In this document: positions 1 through 11,625 of the stretch, in pieces | Position numbering within the stretch: position 1 is the stretch's first letter | Layout: each line of letters opens with the position of its first letter | Source of the DNA: Podarcis muralis | Taxonomy: Eukaryota | Assembly: GCF_964188315.1 (NCBI RefSeq) | Contig: NC_135660.1 | Location: 35,960,001-36,024,000, forward strand | Reading direction: 5' to 3' | DNA: 64,000 nucleotides | Program-made: the position numbers and the translations under genes | The notes under the pieces: model-generated | The model's database searches: none | What the model was told of the DNA's origin: nothing | What the model saw: the letters and a program-made list of their open reading frames with translations, nothing else

Positions 1-1350
1 TGTGTAAGTTCAATTCCGCCCACTTTGAAGATTTCAGCAGGTATCCCATCAGGTCTGCTGGCTTTGTTGTTTTTCGTTTGGTTAATAGCTGTACACAACT
101 CTCCCAGATTTGGAGATACTGCAAGATCATCTCTAATTTGTTTTTGCAGAATTTGTGAGAGGGCCTCAGCAGCTACAGGGAAGCTGCTGTTAAGGAGATG
201 CTGGTAATGTTCTTTCCAGCGCAATGCAATAGCTTCTTTATCTTTTAGAAGTGTGGTACCATCTGTTGAGCATAGGGGGCATATGCCATGATTTATTGGC
301 TCACATGTTATCTTTGTGGCTTTAAAGAAGCTCTGTGCATCATGAATGTCGGCTAAGTGCTGGATCTCTTGAACTTTTTTTATCCACCAGGTGTTCTTTA
401 GTTCTCTGGTTCTTCTTTGAATCTCAGGCTTAGCGTTGGCATAGGGTTTTTTCTTAGTGGTGCAGTTTCTATCTCTTTGCCAGATCTGAAAGGCCTTTCT
501 TTTTGTCAATAATGTGTTCAATCTCACTTTCATTCTCATCAAACCAGTCCTGGTGTTTCTTGGTTTGGTATCCAATAGTTTGTTCACAGGCTGCAATAAT
601 GGATGTTTTTAGTCCTAGATGTTATCAGGGAACTCTGAAAGAAGCTGGTCCTTAAGAGTCATTTGGAAGCAATCCCACTTTAATAGGAGCTTGAAGGTCT
701 TGAGTGTTCATTTTGTGCCTTCATCCTTGAAGCCAGCATTGAGGTATAATCTTGATAGCCATCATGGAATGTATTAATCAGTGGTCTGTCCAGCAGTCGT
801 CGGCAACTGTCAAAGCTCTGGTAAGGAGCACATCGTGGTGATCTTTAGACGATTACATAGTCTAAGAGGTGCCAGTGGTTCGACCGAGGATGCCTCCATG
901 ACGTTTTAAATTTATTTATTTTGTTGCAAGAGTGTGTTGGTAATAACAAGGTTGTGCGCTGCACATATGGTCAAAAGTAAGATTCCATTCTGGTTGTTGT
1001 TGCCAATTCCTTCTTCCCAATAGTCCCAGGCCACAGATCGAAATCTCGCCCAACTCTTGCATTAAAATCACCCAGGAGGATAATTTCATCTTCCTTAGAT
1101 GTCTCTTATAGGATGGCATCCAGCTGAGAATGAAAATTTTCTTTAATGTCTTCATCAGCATCCGATCTTCAAGTTTCTTGAAGTGCTGCAATATCAAAGT
1201 ATTCTCTTGCAATGGTGGCAGTCCTGCGTTTGGGATGCTTATTACCTGTATTGTCTAATGATGTCTGTATATTCCATGTTCCAAAATTCAATTGTCTTTT
1301 ATGACCACTGGGGAGGCAGACAATGCTTATGGAACCTTTTCTAGCCCTCC
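1..1350 (-). mobile_element. Degenerate RTE-clade LINE, 5' part of the ORF (APE endonuclease to start of RT), running off the window start
   Basis: Minus-strand translations with frameshifts give TWNI-like EN start (~1290), ...ILLGDFNARVG-like EN motif (~1070), WHLLDYVIV (~860), WFDENESEIE, STDGTTLLKDKEAIALRWKEHYQHLLN (~260-200) and KNNKASRPDGIPAEIFK (~70-20), all typical of RTE ORF2. Lies in UBXN7 intron 1. Confidence 0.85.
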
Positions 1351-1653
1351 CCCTTTTTGGGGTGAGCAGAGTGGATCCTAAACAGGACTGCTATGTTGTG
1401 GATACAGCTGCCGAGCTACTCAACTGCCTCATTCCTTGAGTCAGAATGAATGAATCTGCATCTACTGCCCATCTGCCAATTCATGACTAGGGACTTCCAG
1501 ATTTCATGGCCCTGCCCCCATTACCATTTGCCAATCGCCATGGGCCTTTTTTGGGTTTGGGATCGGTTTTTGGATGATGCCTGTGCATAATTTGTTTTAT
1601 GTGTGTAGATCAGTGCACGCTGACCAACGCAGTGTCTTCGCAGTAATGCTCTA

Positions 1654-2364
1654 CAGTGGTACCTCGGGTTACATACGCTTCAGGTTACAGACTCCGCTAA
1701 CCCAGAAATAGTGCTTCAGGTTAAGAACTTTGCTTCAGGATGAGAACAGAAATCGTGCTCCGGTGGCGCGGCAGCAGCAGGAGGCCCCATTATCTAAAGT
1801 GGTGCTTCAGGTTAAGAACAGTTTCAGGTTAAGAACGGACCTCCGGAACAAATTAAGTACCATATTTTTCGCCCTATAGGACGCACTTTTTCCCCTCCAA
1901 AATTGAAGGGGAAATGTGTGTGCGTCCTATGGGGCGAATGCAGGCTTTCGCTGAAGCCTGGAGAGCGAGAGGGGTCGGTGAGCACCGACCCCTTTCGCTC
2001 TCCAGGCTTCAGGAAGCTATCCGCAAGCCTTTGGAGCCCGGCGGGAGTTCCTGCCAGGCTCCCAAGGCTTGCAGACAGCAGCCTGCAGCCCGAAACCTGG
2101 GGAGTGCAGTGGAGCGCACCCCGGGCTTCGGGCAGCTCTCCGCAAGCCTGGGGAGACCAGCAGGAGTTCCCGCCGGGCTCCCAAGGTTTGCGGATAGCAG
2201 CCTGTTCTGGGGGCTGGGGGAAGCTCGGGCTTCCCCCGCCCCAGCCCTGCACCTGGGGGGGAAATATTTTTTTTTCTTTATTCCCCCCCCAAAAAAAAAA
2301 CTAGGTGCGCCCTATGGGCCGGTGCGCCCTATAGGGTGAAAAATACGGTACTTAACCCGAGGTA
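1654..2364. mobile_element. Tc1/Tigger-like MITE family A (TIR CAGTGGTACCTC), interrupted by a second MITE
   Basis: TA|CAGTGGTACCTCGGGTTAC at 1654. The body matches copies at 40294, 41040, 44350 and 47628. It resumes at 2349 as TACTTAACCCGAGGTA; the right TIR is eroded. Confidence 0.85.
1860..2348. mobile_element. Tc1/Tigger-like MITE nested in the family A copy
   Basis: TIRs CCATATTTTTCGCCCTATAGGACGCAC ... GTGCGCCCTATAGGGTGAAAAATACGG, with TA duplicated at 1858-1859 and 2349-2350. Confidence 0.85.
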
Positions 2365-4849
2365 TTCTGATGGCATGAGTATCATGATGACCGGTAGATT
2401 TTTATCTGCTGCAGCCTTAATCTTCCTTCACAGCCATTGTAACATACTGCTTGTTATCTTTTGCCTGTTCTGTCGTTGAGGACTTCTAGGATCATTCTTT
2501 GTCTAGTTCCTCCCTTTTGACCTTACCGCCTTGGTTGACCCTGCTGGGAGTACAAGACTCCCGACAACTGCACTCACAAGGGTCATAGGAATGTGCAAGC
2601 CCACTCATCACGACAAGGTGATGATCCAGTGGGGTAGATCATCATTAAACAAGGCGGAACAATCAGAAGTAACTGGGGTGGTCAGTTCTGCTTCACTCCC
2701 ATGTAGTCCAGGCAGAAATTAAAGGAATAAGTGAATATGGCACCTCCCATAGATAAGATGCCTTTTTGCTGGGATGAGAAGGACTCCTAGCTATATTAAA
2801 ATACCCCACAAGCATAGGGGGGCTTCAGCTCAGTGCACCATCTCTCCTCTTTCCATGAGCTATAAACAGTTAAACCAATCCTAGTATGCCTTCCCAACAA
2901 ATAAGGTCTCTTGATTTAAGAGGATATGCTTCAAAGTAAAAGAGCTTAAGATTCCTGCCACACTCTCTAGTATGTACTATCTAGAACTTCAGCATAGCAT
3001 TAACATACATATTGAGGTTGCAGCTGCAAAACTTATTTTCAGCTCATACATCAGTTGAAAACAGATATAAACCAATTTACCGTATATTTGTATCTAAACA
3101 GTCTTCCATTTTACATCTCTGTGCTTTGGATCATGTATGATGAGTATTCATTTAAATATGGCCAAATTCATCTAATTAAGAATTCATCACTAACCCTTAA
3201 ACAAATAAAACTATTTTTGTGTACTTTTATTATCTCCATGGACATGAGAAAGTTGATGAACAGGATTATGCATCCCAATTAAGAACTCTTCCCAAGGGAC
3301 ATTTTTCCTGACAGACTGATAATAGGGGATAAATATTTTCTTGGTATATACTAAGATACATTTGTCTCCTTTTAATGGATGATACGCACTTCCTGACATT
3401 GAAAGGAAGTTAAATAGTGAACTTGGCCCTTTCCTTTTACTAAAAAGGCAGTATGATTCTGTTTTCCTCTCTTTACTTAATTCTACATTCTAAATATGTT
3501 TTAAGATGTGGAATTTAGTAAAATAATTATTCTCAGCCACAATACTTGATGTAGGCCTGTTGTATTCACTACAGAATTAATACAGCAGCAAGTAATAACA
3601 CCAGGATGATTTACAACTATACAATGTAGTAATATTGTAATTTTTTGCCCCAAACACAGTAAATCTAAAATTACAATAAAAGTTAGAAAAAGTACAGTCA
3701 GTTGTATCTTTGTTATTCAACACACTTTTAGAGATATTAGTTCTCCACCCCCACAAAGGAAGCAAACAGAAAGTTCCAATTACATCAGTAGACTCTAGCC
3801 AGTGAAAAAAACCTTCCTAACAAACAATACCTTGCTAGGATAAAGGGAATACTCAATATTATTATGGTCACTTAGGAGTTCTAACACCACATTTCAAAGG
3901 TACATTAGCTTCCCTAGGGTAAAGTTACTTTGACGTTAAGGATTCAGTAGCACAGACCAATTAAAGCAAGGTGATTTAACTTGGTGCAACAGATTATGAA
4001 AACAAAAAACAAGGATCTGCCTCTTGCAGCACCAGTTTAAACTGTTCATGTAATCTAACAAAGTTTACAGGGCAATTTTATGTATATCTACTCAGAAATA
4101 AGTGCATATAGAATTGCAGCCTTAATTTGTCAGTGAGTCCTAGAAAACAGAGGGGGATAACTTCATCTCAGGAAAAGGCTGGAAGAAGGTTGGAGAAGAC
4201 TGCTAAGTAGTGGCTTAAGATAAATTTGTAAAATTATGAACAATATATAGACAGTATTACCAGACGTTCTACTCTTTCAAGATTAGTATTCAACAAACTA
4301 ACAGGCAGTAAGTTCAGGACAGAAGACGGACTTCTTTAAACAGTTCACAATTAATCTATGAAATGCCTTGCCACAAGACCGTCACTAACCTTAGAATCAA
4401 TGTGTTACCACTAGCTGCCTCCCCCCATGCCCTGAAACATCCATTGCTAGCGTCCATGTTACATTAGCAGAACTGTATTTTGTTGTCTTTATTATGTGCG
4501 TTGCCTAATTCATGCAGTTACAAATTTTCTCAAATACCCAGATATAAAGTCGTCCTGCAGAAATTCTGTTTTGTAAGTATCTGATAAGAATGAATACTTC
4601 TGTGGGACAGTCTTCCTCTCACAACTGTAGAGTAGGTATACCCTTCCTTATCTCATTATCAGCCAATTAAAAATGGATGTTTGCTCTACTGCATTACTTG
4701 TGTCAATAATGACTCAACCCAGCAGCACAGAAAGCCAAAAAAGAAGGGAGGTCGGGAGAGGAGCTTTTATCTCAGGAAATGAAACGGGACGGGCATTTCT
4801 AAGCGTCAGCTCTCGATCTTCCCTCCACCCCCCAAAGGCAACGATCAAG

Positions 4850-5720
4850 CCTCAACTCCTCCTGGAGGATGTCACACTGCGGCCCGCTTGAGCGCTCTCC
4901 TTTTCGCTCTGGGAAATGCATACTCGACCCCATCTTATGCCCCCCCTACCTTCCTCCACAAAGGAATTCCCCCTCAACTCCCCGCTGCACATCGTACTTG
5001 CCCTTACCCATGGCAAAGCACAGCCCCGGGCCCCTCTTTCGACTCCCTCCACACAATCCCGTTTTCCTCACGAGAACCGCCACCCGCTCCCCCCGCCCGC
5101 TCCCTCTGGGTCTCTCTCTCCTCTCTGCCTGCCGCCAACTCCGTCACAGACGTCGCCCTCCTCTCCTCTCCTCCCCCGACCCCAAGCAAAGCCCCTCTTC
5201 CCCCAGCCTTACATCCCGCCCCATAGCAGAAACGGCTCCAGCCCTCGCTTAAGCTTATTCCGGGTTTTCGCGCGCCTCACCCGTGATGGCGGTGAATTGC
5301 TGGATTAACCCCTTCAACGCTGAGGCGGCAGCGGAGCCCCCGGGCGCCGCCATCTTGCCGCCTCTACCGCCGAACAACAACACCCGCCACCTGCCGGCTG
5401 CAGTGCGCAGGCGCAGAACCACCGCACCCCAGTCTCCCCTTGCTCGCTTTCAACTTCAACAGTCAAGCTTTATTGGGAGCGCGACGCTGTGAGACACAGG
5501 GAAGAGGAAGAGGGGTTCCGTGTGCCGGTGCTCGCGCTCCTGCCGTCCGCCCCAAACAGATGGCATCCCAGTTGCTAATCGACGCCCTCTAGCGGCCGGC
5601 GGATTGCATTTTCCCCTAAACTCGCGGCCGGCGGAAGCCGCTGGGAGATAAAGTGGAATCCGAGGAAGTGGCAGCGCAGTTCTCCTGCGGGACTCGGGGC
5701 AGGAAGAAAGCGCTTTATGG
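4850..5720. promoter_or_regulatory. UBXN7: CpG island / UBXN7 promoter with YY1 motif overlapping the start codon and an NRF1-like motif
   Basis: High CpG density. GCCGCCATCTTG (reverse complement CAAGATGGCGGC, YY1) at ~5345-5358; TGCGCAGGCGCA at ~5404-5415. Confidence 0.75.
5281..5353 (-). CDS. UBXN7: UBXN7 (UBX domain protein 7) coding exon 1; remaining exons lie left of the window
   Basis: ATG at 5353 gives MAAPGGSAAASALKGLIQQFTAITG (human, recalled: MAAHGGSAASSALKGLIQQFTTITG), followed by donor GTGAG at 5280. 73 nt, phase 1. Not in the ORF track because it is short. Confidence 0.93.
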
Positions 5721-5810
5721 CAGCTCATGCCTGTTGCCATTTCTGGGTTGTGTCATTATTGACACAAGTAATGCATATAATTTTAGCTAAGGTAAAGGTC
5801 TAGGGCGATA

Positions 5811-5855
<45 letters not shown>
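5811..5855. repeat. (TAT)n microsatellite
   Basis: Direct inspection. Confidence 0.9.
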
Positions 5856-6224
5856 GTATCTCAATCAACTTGTTTTTATAATTGGTTGTTAGCCGCCCTG
5901 AGCCCGGTCTTGGCTGGGGAGGGCGGGATATAAATAAAAATTATTATTATTATTAATACCGTCAGGTGTAGTGGCAAGGCCTGCTTCCCTGGCATGCGCG
6001 CAGCCAAGGGAGGCAGGGAGGGGGCACCTGGTCCCCCAATCAATAAAAACACATAGCTAGCTGAGGTTCTTCCCCCACTCAACAAAATCCTCGCTATGTC
6101 CATGCCATGTTCCCTGAGTTAGATATTGGAAGCACTGCTGCATGGTGCTTCCATGCAGGGTTAATTCAGTACAACTGATGCAGAATTCGGCGGCCAGGTT
6201 GCTCACTGGGGCAAGACAGTTTGA

Positions 6225-6461
6225 GTATCTCAAGTGCAAGTAGATAAATAGGTACTGCTGAGGCAGGAAGGTAAACGGCGTTTCCATGCGCTCCATCACG
6301 GTCCTCCCATGTGCCAGTAGTTTAGTCATGCTGGCCACGTGACCCGGAAAGCTGTCTGTGGACAAACGCTGGCTCCCTCGGCCTGAGGTGAGATGAGTGC
6401 CGCACCCCAGTCATCTTTGACTAGACTTAACTGTCCAGGGGTCCTTTACCTTTACCTTACC
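6225..6461 (+). mobile_element. 5'-truncated Sauria SINE
   Basis: Core AAGTGCAAGTAGATAAATAGGTAC...GCTGGCCACGTGACCCGGAAAGCTGTC and (CCTTTA)n tail, shared with the full copy at 16726. Confidence 0.85.
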
Positions 6462-6469
6462 TAAAAATA

Positions 6470-6717
6470 CAGTGGTGCCTCTGGTTGCGAACGGGATCCA
6501 TTCCGGAGGCCCGTTCGCAACATGAAAAGAACGCAACCCGCAGCGGCGCATCTGTACATGCATGGGTTGCGATTTGCCGCTTCTGCGCATGATGTCATTT
6601 TGTGCTTCTGCGCATGCGGCGAAACCCGGAAGTAACCCTTTCTGGTACTTCCAAGTTGCCACGGGACGTAACCTGAAAGAACGTAACATGAAGTGGATCT
6701 AACATGAGGTATGACTG
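6470..6717. mobile_element. Tc1/Tigger-like MITE family B, copy 1
   Basis: TA|CAGTGGTGCCTC ... GAGGTATGACTG|TA. Confidence 0.85.
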
Positions 6718-6719
6718 TA

Positions 6720-6970
6720 CAGTGGTACCTCTAGATGCGAACGGGATTCGTTCCGGATCCCCGTTCGCATCTAGAAGCAAACGTAACCTGTGTTCGCGCA
6801 TCTGCGCATGTCATGTTTTGGCACTTCTGCACATGCGCGTGTCATTTTGAGCGTCTGCGCATGCGCAAGCAGCGAAACCCGGAAGTAACGTGCTTCGTTA
6901 CTTCCGGGTTGTCGCGGAGCGCAATTTGAATGTGCTCATCCTGAAGCATATTCAACCCAAGGTATGACTG
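6720..6970. mobile_element. Tc1/Tigger-like MITE family B, copy 2, sharing the TA at 6718-6719 with copy 1
   Basis: TA|CAGTGGTACCTC ... AAGGTATGACTG|TA. Confidence 0.85.
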
Positions 6971-7029
6971 TACTTAAAATACCCCCCCCCCCCCGCATAT
7001 TCACTGGCCTGGATCCTGTATTCATCAGC

Positions 7030-7332
7030 AGAGGCCCTTCTTCAGAGGCAATGCAAGAACAGGCCTTTTCTGTGGTGGCTCCTCACTTGTGGAACGCTCT
7101 CCTGCTGGAGGCTCACCTGGCACCTTCATTACTTATCTTCCGATGCCAGACGAAAACATTTCTCAGTAACTAGGCCTTTTAAAATATATTTATGGGAGTG
7201 GGGTTTATTGGTTTGTGGGGGGGGGGGTTGTTACATATTTTCTGCTCTCGTTTTGTATTTTTATGTTGTGAACTGCCCTGTCATCTTCTGATGAAGGGTG
7301 GTATACAAATCTAATTAATAATAGTAATAATA
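7030..7332 (+). mobile_element. L2 LINE 3' end fragment
   Basis: AGGCCTTTTCTGTGGTGGCTCCTCACTTGTGGAACGCTCTCC... (RAFSVVAPHLWNAL motif typical of L2 C-termini), then an AAT-rich tail. Confidence 0.7.
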
Positions 7333-10039
7333 AAGAATGGGCCGTCATCACCAACCGCTTCATGGAAGGTAATGCACAGCCACAGAAAGTAGTGGGACTG
7401 ACATGAGCTGCCTTCGAGTGGAGTCCCCATGGCACCACCTTGAAGACAAGCCAGATGCACCCTCTCCTGGTGGACCACATAAGCACAGCCATGTCCAGCT
7501 GAGCTGGAATGGAAATGATAGGAATCATTTTTATATATCGCTTTCATGCAGTATCTGTTCTAGTATCAGTGGAGTACTTAGGTAAATGTATATGTTTGCT
7601 CCTCCTCCTGGAGGACTTATGCCCCAAAGTGCACTACTACATTTTTTACAATTATGCTATAAGCCATGGACAGCCAACATGGTGCCATCCAGATGCTGTA
7701 CAGCATCCCTGACTACTGCTCACCATGACTGGGGCTGATGGGAATTGTAGTTCCAACTTCTGGTTACCTCTGCTGTATAGGCATCATCATATAAGGTAAG
7801 TCAGTATTTCCCATGTTGCAAAAAGGACTGGTGCTTAAAATAGTTAACCTCAGGCTATCTAGTTGATTCATGAAATGAGTTTTGAAGCTGGGTCAGGTCA
7901 ATTTGATTCCTAGTTTAGGTTACAATCCTAATCCATGACTTGAGGAAGTGAAAGTATGATGGACCAGCACATCCAGCCGTGCTTGCACCAACCAGGGTGA
8001 AAGGTAGAAGTAGCAGGGAAAGGGAAGGTCTTGCATGGACTCTGGAGGCCTTTGTGAGATTTTGGACAGTCCCGCAAGATCTTGTGAGACCTTCCCAGAG
8101 GTCAGAGAGCTTAAAAGCTCTTTCTGCACAGAAGAAACCCAGTATGCAATCTGTACAATTGAGTCCTGACTGGCCACCAAGCACATAAAGCTGTGATTGT
8201 GCAAGTTAAATGCATGCAAGTTGTAAGTCAACTATTTTTCTGATGTGGAAGTGACTTCTGTTGCTTAAAACAGCACAATCCATGCACAAAATGGTGGTAT
8301 CAGCACGTTGCTCTGAGGTTTGAAAATCTTAGAGGGAAGACCCCCCCCCCGAATAGTCTAATGAGTACTGAACATGTTCAGTGGTCACAGAATACTGTTG
8401 ATGAAAAATGGAAAAATGGGTGTGAGGGAATATCAAATGGGGTATCATGAAATTTTTAAAAACCTATAAATAACAATTAGAATGTCATTGAAGAGGGTAT
8501 GGCTGACTGGAACACTGAGCAGGAACACTCCACAATTCTAATTCAGTATGATAAAAGCATTAAAAGCTTATTAAAAATGGTAGGCAGACCACCATGATAA
8601 TCTCTCTGAAATGTGCAAAATTTTTTAAAGTGAATTTAATCAATTGGAACTACAAAAAGTTATTTTTACAGTTTTCTATAAAGTGTATCTCAATGCAGTT
8701 GAATATATACAATATTGGATGTAAGTTGGCAGTGCTTCAAATTAAGAGCAACTACAGGGGAATCCCCACTTGTGTGGCAGTTCCATTCTGGGATGCCCCC
8801 ATTTCACCCACTTTTGGTACCATTTTTGGTGTGCATGTCAGTGAGAGCGTGTGTGCTGATTGTGTACAATTGGGGAGTTGCCTATAAATGTGATGGAGCT
8901 GCTGTACTATTCAAACAGTCTGAAATAATGTGCTTGTGGAAGGAATACTCTAATTGTATCTTAAGATTTACTTTCCAGATGATCTTAACTTCTGATTAAT
9001 ATACTATCTGCAGCAAATATTCCAAAAAAAGAGAAAATAACTGAGAAGTCTTCTACATAACATTGGCTAGGAAATTTTTGAAGTAATCTTCATTTCGTCA
9101 AACTAACTCTTGAGGTTCAGGGAGGGGTCTTTAAGTTTCATTTTTATCAGAGCTGTAACTAGTTTAGAGATTGTAGGACATTATAAAAATATTGCTCAGG
9201 AAATGATTATTATGAAATTTAGAATATGAAAGTAATATTCATTTATATATATTGTGGTGATTATTTAATGTCACCATGCTTTTTATGGGAAATGTACTTA
9301 TTACTGTAAAAAAATATGAATTCATTATTAATGGGGGGAAATATGCACAGGCTCCATCTTCAGACATTACTTGAATATATATTAAGATCCCCTACTGAAC
9401 TGTGGAAATTCATTCAAGGTAGGATAGTTTTCTCATGAAGCTTGAAAGCCATTTTAATGGATTATGTTCTAATCAAATAATTCCAAGAAACAGGAAAAAA
9501 CACTAGGGGAAAAAATAGGAATTCTTATGTTCAGGGCAGATATATATAGGGGAAATGTGAAGGATGACATTTGGGTCATTTGCTATGTGTTCCAGCAATA
9601 AAAGTGTAAGTCTGAATCAACATCATCAACAGTGTCAAGCTTACACTGACCCATCAAACAGAGTGATGTCTCAGTTCAAGCCAAGTTTACATATTTTTTC
9701 AAATTTTCTTACTATTGTTGTGGTAGGGAACTGGGAGGGGGTAATAGGAAACTGGTTTGATTACACAGTGAACACTACATGAGCTGTAGTGCATGATGGT
9801 TTTAAACAAACATCTCTCTTGACATTCAGAGCAACCTGTTACCATGCATGCATTAAAGAAGTGAATTGCAACAAGTAAAAGCAAGTGGGCATACAGCAGG
9901 CACAACTGATTCCCAATCAAGTTTCACATTAATTCTGAGAGCACTTGATCCCTGAAGAAATAATTGTTTGACTAGGTCAGCTTTTCAACAGTGCCCCTTC
10001 ATTAACTCCAATCAATGTCATGAAAGTATTACTGTTCAT

Positions 10040-10744
10040 CTAGTTTGTTGCAGGCCTCTTAAACATCTGAAGAATTGTTTTTTGCTTGCTTGAAAGCACT
10101 TCTGCATCTTTTGAGCTAGAGCTGTTGACACAATTCAAAACATTTCCTCCTTTTACAGAAGGTGACTTTGCCTGGAGCTGGTTAGAGGGTTTCCAGTTCT
10201 CATTGTGGGAGCTTCTGTGTAGTTTTCGCTTATCTGTTTCAAGTGGGCTGTTTGAAGACTTTGAGTTCTTTGAAAGCCTGCTCCGTTTCCTTGCAACTGG
10301 AGATTCTTTTACTGACTGAGATGTTGTAGGACGCAAATGGTATTCATCTGGAGACCCTTTTTTGCGATTTAGCATGTTCTGTTCTTTGTACATTTCCCTC
10401 TGAAGCTTCAGAGCCAGACGTCTATCCTCTTCTTCTTGCTTTTGCCTTTCATAAAACTGCTGCTCCAAACTTATCTGCCTTTCTATATCATCCATCTCTT
10501 CTTCATCGTCAGTTTGTGAGAAAGTTCTTTTCCTTTTATCATTTAAGTATGAATCAACTGCTGCTTCAGGGAAGGATTCTTGAGATGTTCTCAACTGCAT
10601 GTCTATTGTAAAACTCTCATTTTTATAGTCATAACCATCCGTACCTCTCTTTGCCTCCCTGATTGCCTGTGGAGATAGTGTGGGCATTTCATTTTCTCTT
10701 CCCTTTTCTTTTGATGTACAGATGTTTTTAGTGTTGCTGCTCTC
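10040..10744 (-). CDS. RNF168: RNF168 coding exon 6 (MIU2, LRM2 and C-terminal tail; stop TAG 10042-10040)
   Basis: Acceptor TTTCTTCCAG at 10746-10745. Translation includes EEEDRRLALKLQREMYKE (MIU2), KGSPDEYHLR and QKTILQMFKR. 705 nt. Confidence 0.93.
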   Translation of the reverse strand, partial: ESSNTKNICTSKEKGRENEMPTLSPQAIREAKRGTDGYDYKNESFTIDMQLRTSQESFPEAAVDSYLNDKRKRTFSQTDDEEEMDDIERQISLEQQFYERQKQEEEDRRLALKLQREMYKEQNMLNRKKGSPDEYHLRPTTSQSVKESPVARKRSRLSKNSKSSNSPLETDKRKLHRSSHNENWKPSNQLQAKSPSVKGGNVLNCVNSSSSKDAEVLSSKQKTILQMFKRPATN

Positions 10745-10970
10745 CTGGAAGAAAGAAATGTGCAAATTATAGCTGTCAAATACAGTTCACTATTCCCAAA
10801 AGATTTTGCATGTACTCATGTTATAAATATGAAAAAGAACTGGCATTCATATTGGCAATACGGAGTATGGAAATGTATGGGATATTGAAATTCACATAGA
10901 TATCACATGTACTTATACGAGAATGCTGAAATCTTTATACTCCACAGGAATCGAGATATGTATACATTAC

Positions 10971-11058
10971 CTCAGAAAAGGAGCCAGAGCGTTCTTCTTG
11001 CAAATTTTTAAAGCACCTCTTTGGAGGCAAGGAATTAAAGGGCTTTGGAGACAAATAC
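10971..11058 (-). CDS. RNF168: RNF168 coding exon 5
   Basis: TTAAG|G TAT TTG TCT CCA AAG (YLSPK) ... GAG|GTAATG. 88 nt; phases 2 and 0 fit the neighbouring exons. Confidence 0.85.
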
Positions 11059-11518
11059 CTTAAGGAAAAAGGAACATAAGTATACTTTTACAGCATGTGA
11101 AGAACAAAGTCTTAAGGCAAAGTCAACATAATTCTTAACTTAATACTATCCTATTTCTATTCAGAAGTAAGTCCTACTGAAATCAGTAGGTAAGTGGGAC
11201 TAAGACTGCAGTCTAAGAGCAGAGCATGTGGCAAAATGTTATAAAACTAAGCTTTTTTTATTGCTTATGCTGCCAGGAGCGACGGTGGAAAAGCATGTGG
11301 TCAGAAGTGAGGAAGTCCAAACTAGGCCAAGTTTTCCAAAATGCACCACCTTCATATTGTTTTTTTTAAAAAAACCACAACCCCATCAATTGAAAACTGC
11401 CAAAATAAAGTCATATCATAAAGCTCCTATTATCATACTGTTAAATTTCTCCTTCCATGGTGTATATAATGAATTATGTACCAAGAAACCAAGAGAAAAA
11501 TTACTGGATCCAACTTAC

Positions 11519-11625
11519 TTTTTAATGTCCACAGAACTGCAGCTTTTGTTTTTTGATGTTTTGCCAGAATCAACTGGGGAGGGTCCATGTGACAGGCTGT
11601 TCATTTGCTCCTCAGCAGAGCTGTT
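11519..11625 (-). CDS. RNF168: RNF168 coding exon 4
   Basis: ATACAG|AAC AGC TCT ... GAC ATT AAA AA|GTAAGT (NSSAEE...SKNKSCSSVDIKK). 107 nt. Confidence 0.82.

Noticed and set aside
1824-2339. Overlapping 130-142 aa ORFs on both strands
   Set aside because: They lie wholly inside a GC-rich MITE with no transposase motifs; open by composition.
2800-4650. Search for intronic snoRNA/miRNA in the AT-rich UBXN7 intron
   Set aside because: No convincing C/D box pair with terminal stem, H/ACA fold or long hairpin seen by eye; an Infernal/Rfam scan would be needed.
4673-5740. Cluster of 60-130 aa Pro/Ser/Arg-rich ORFs
   Set aside because: CpG-island stop-codon depletion; the only real coding piece is the 73-nt UBXN7 exon.
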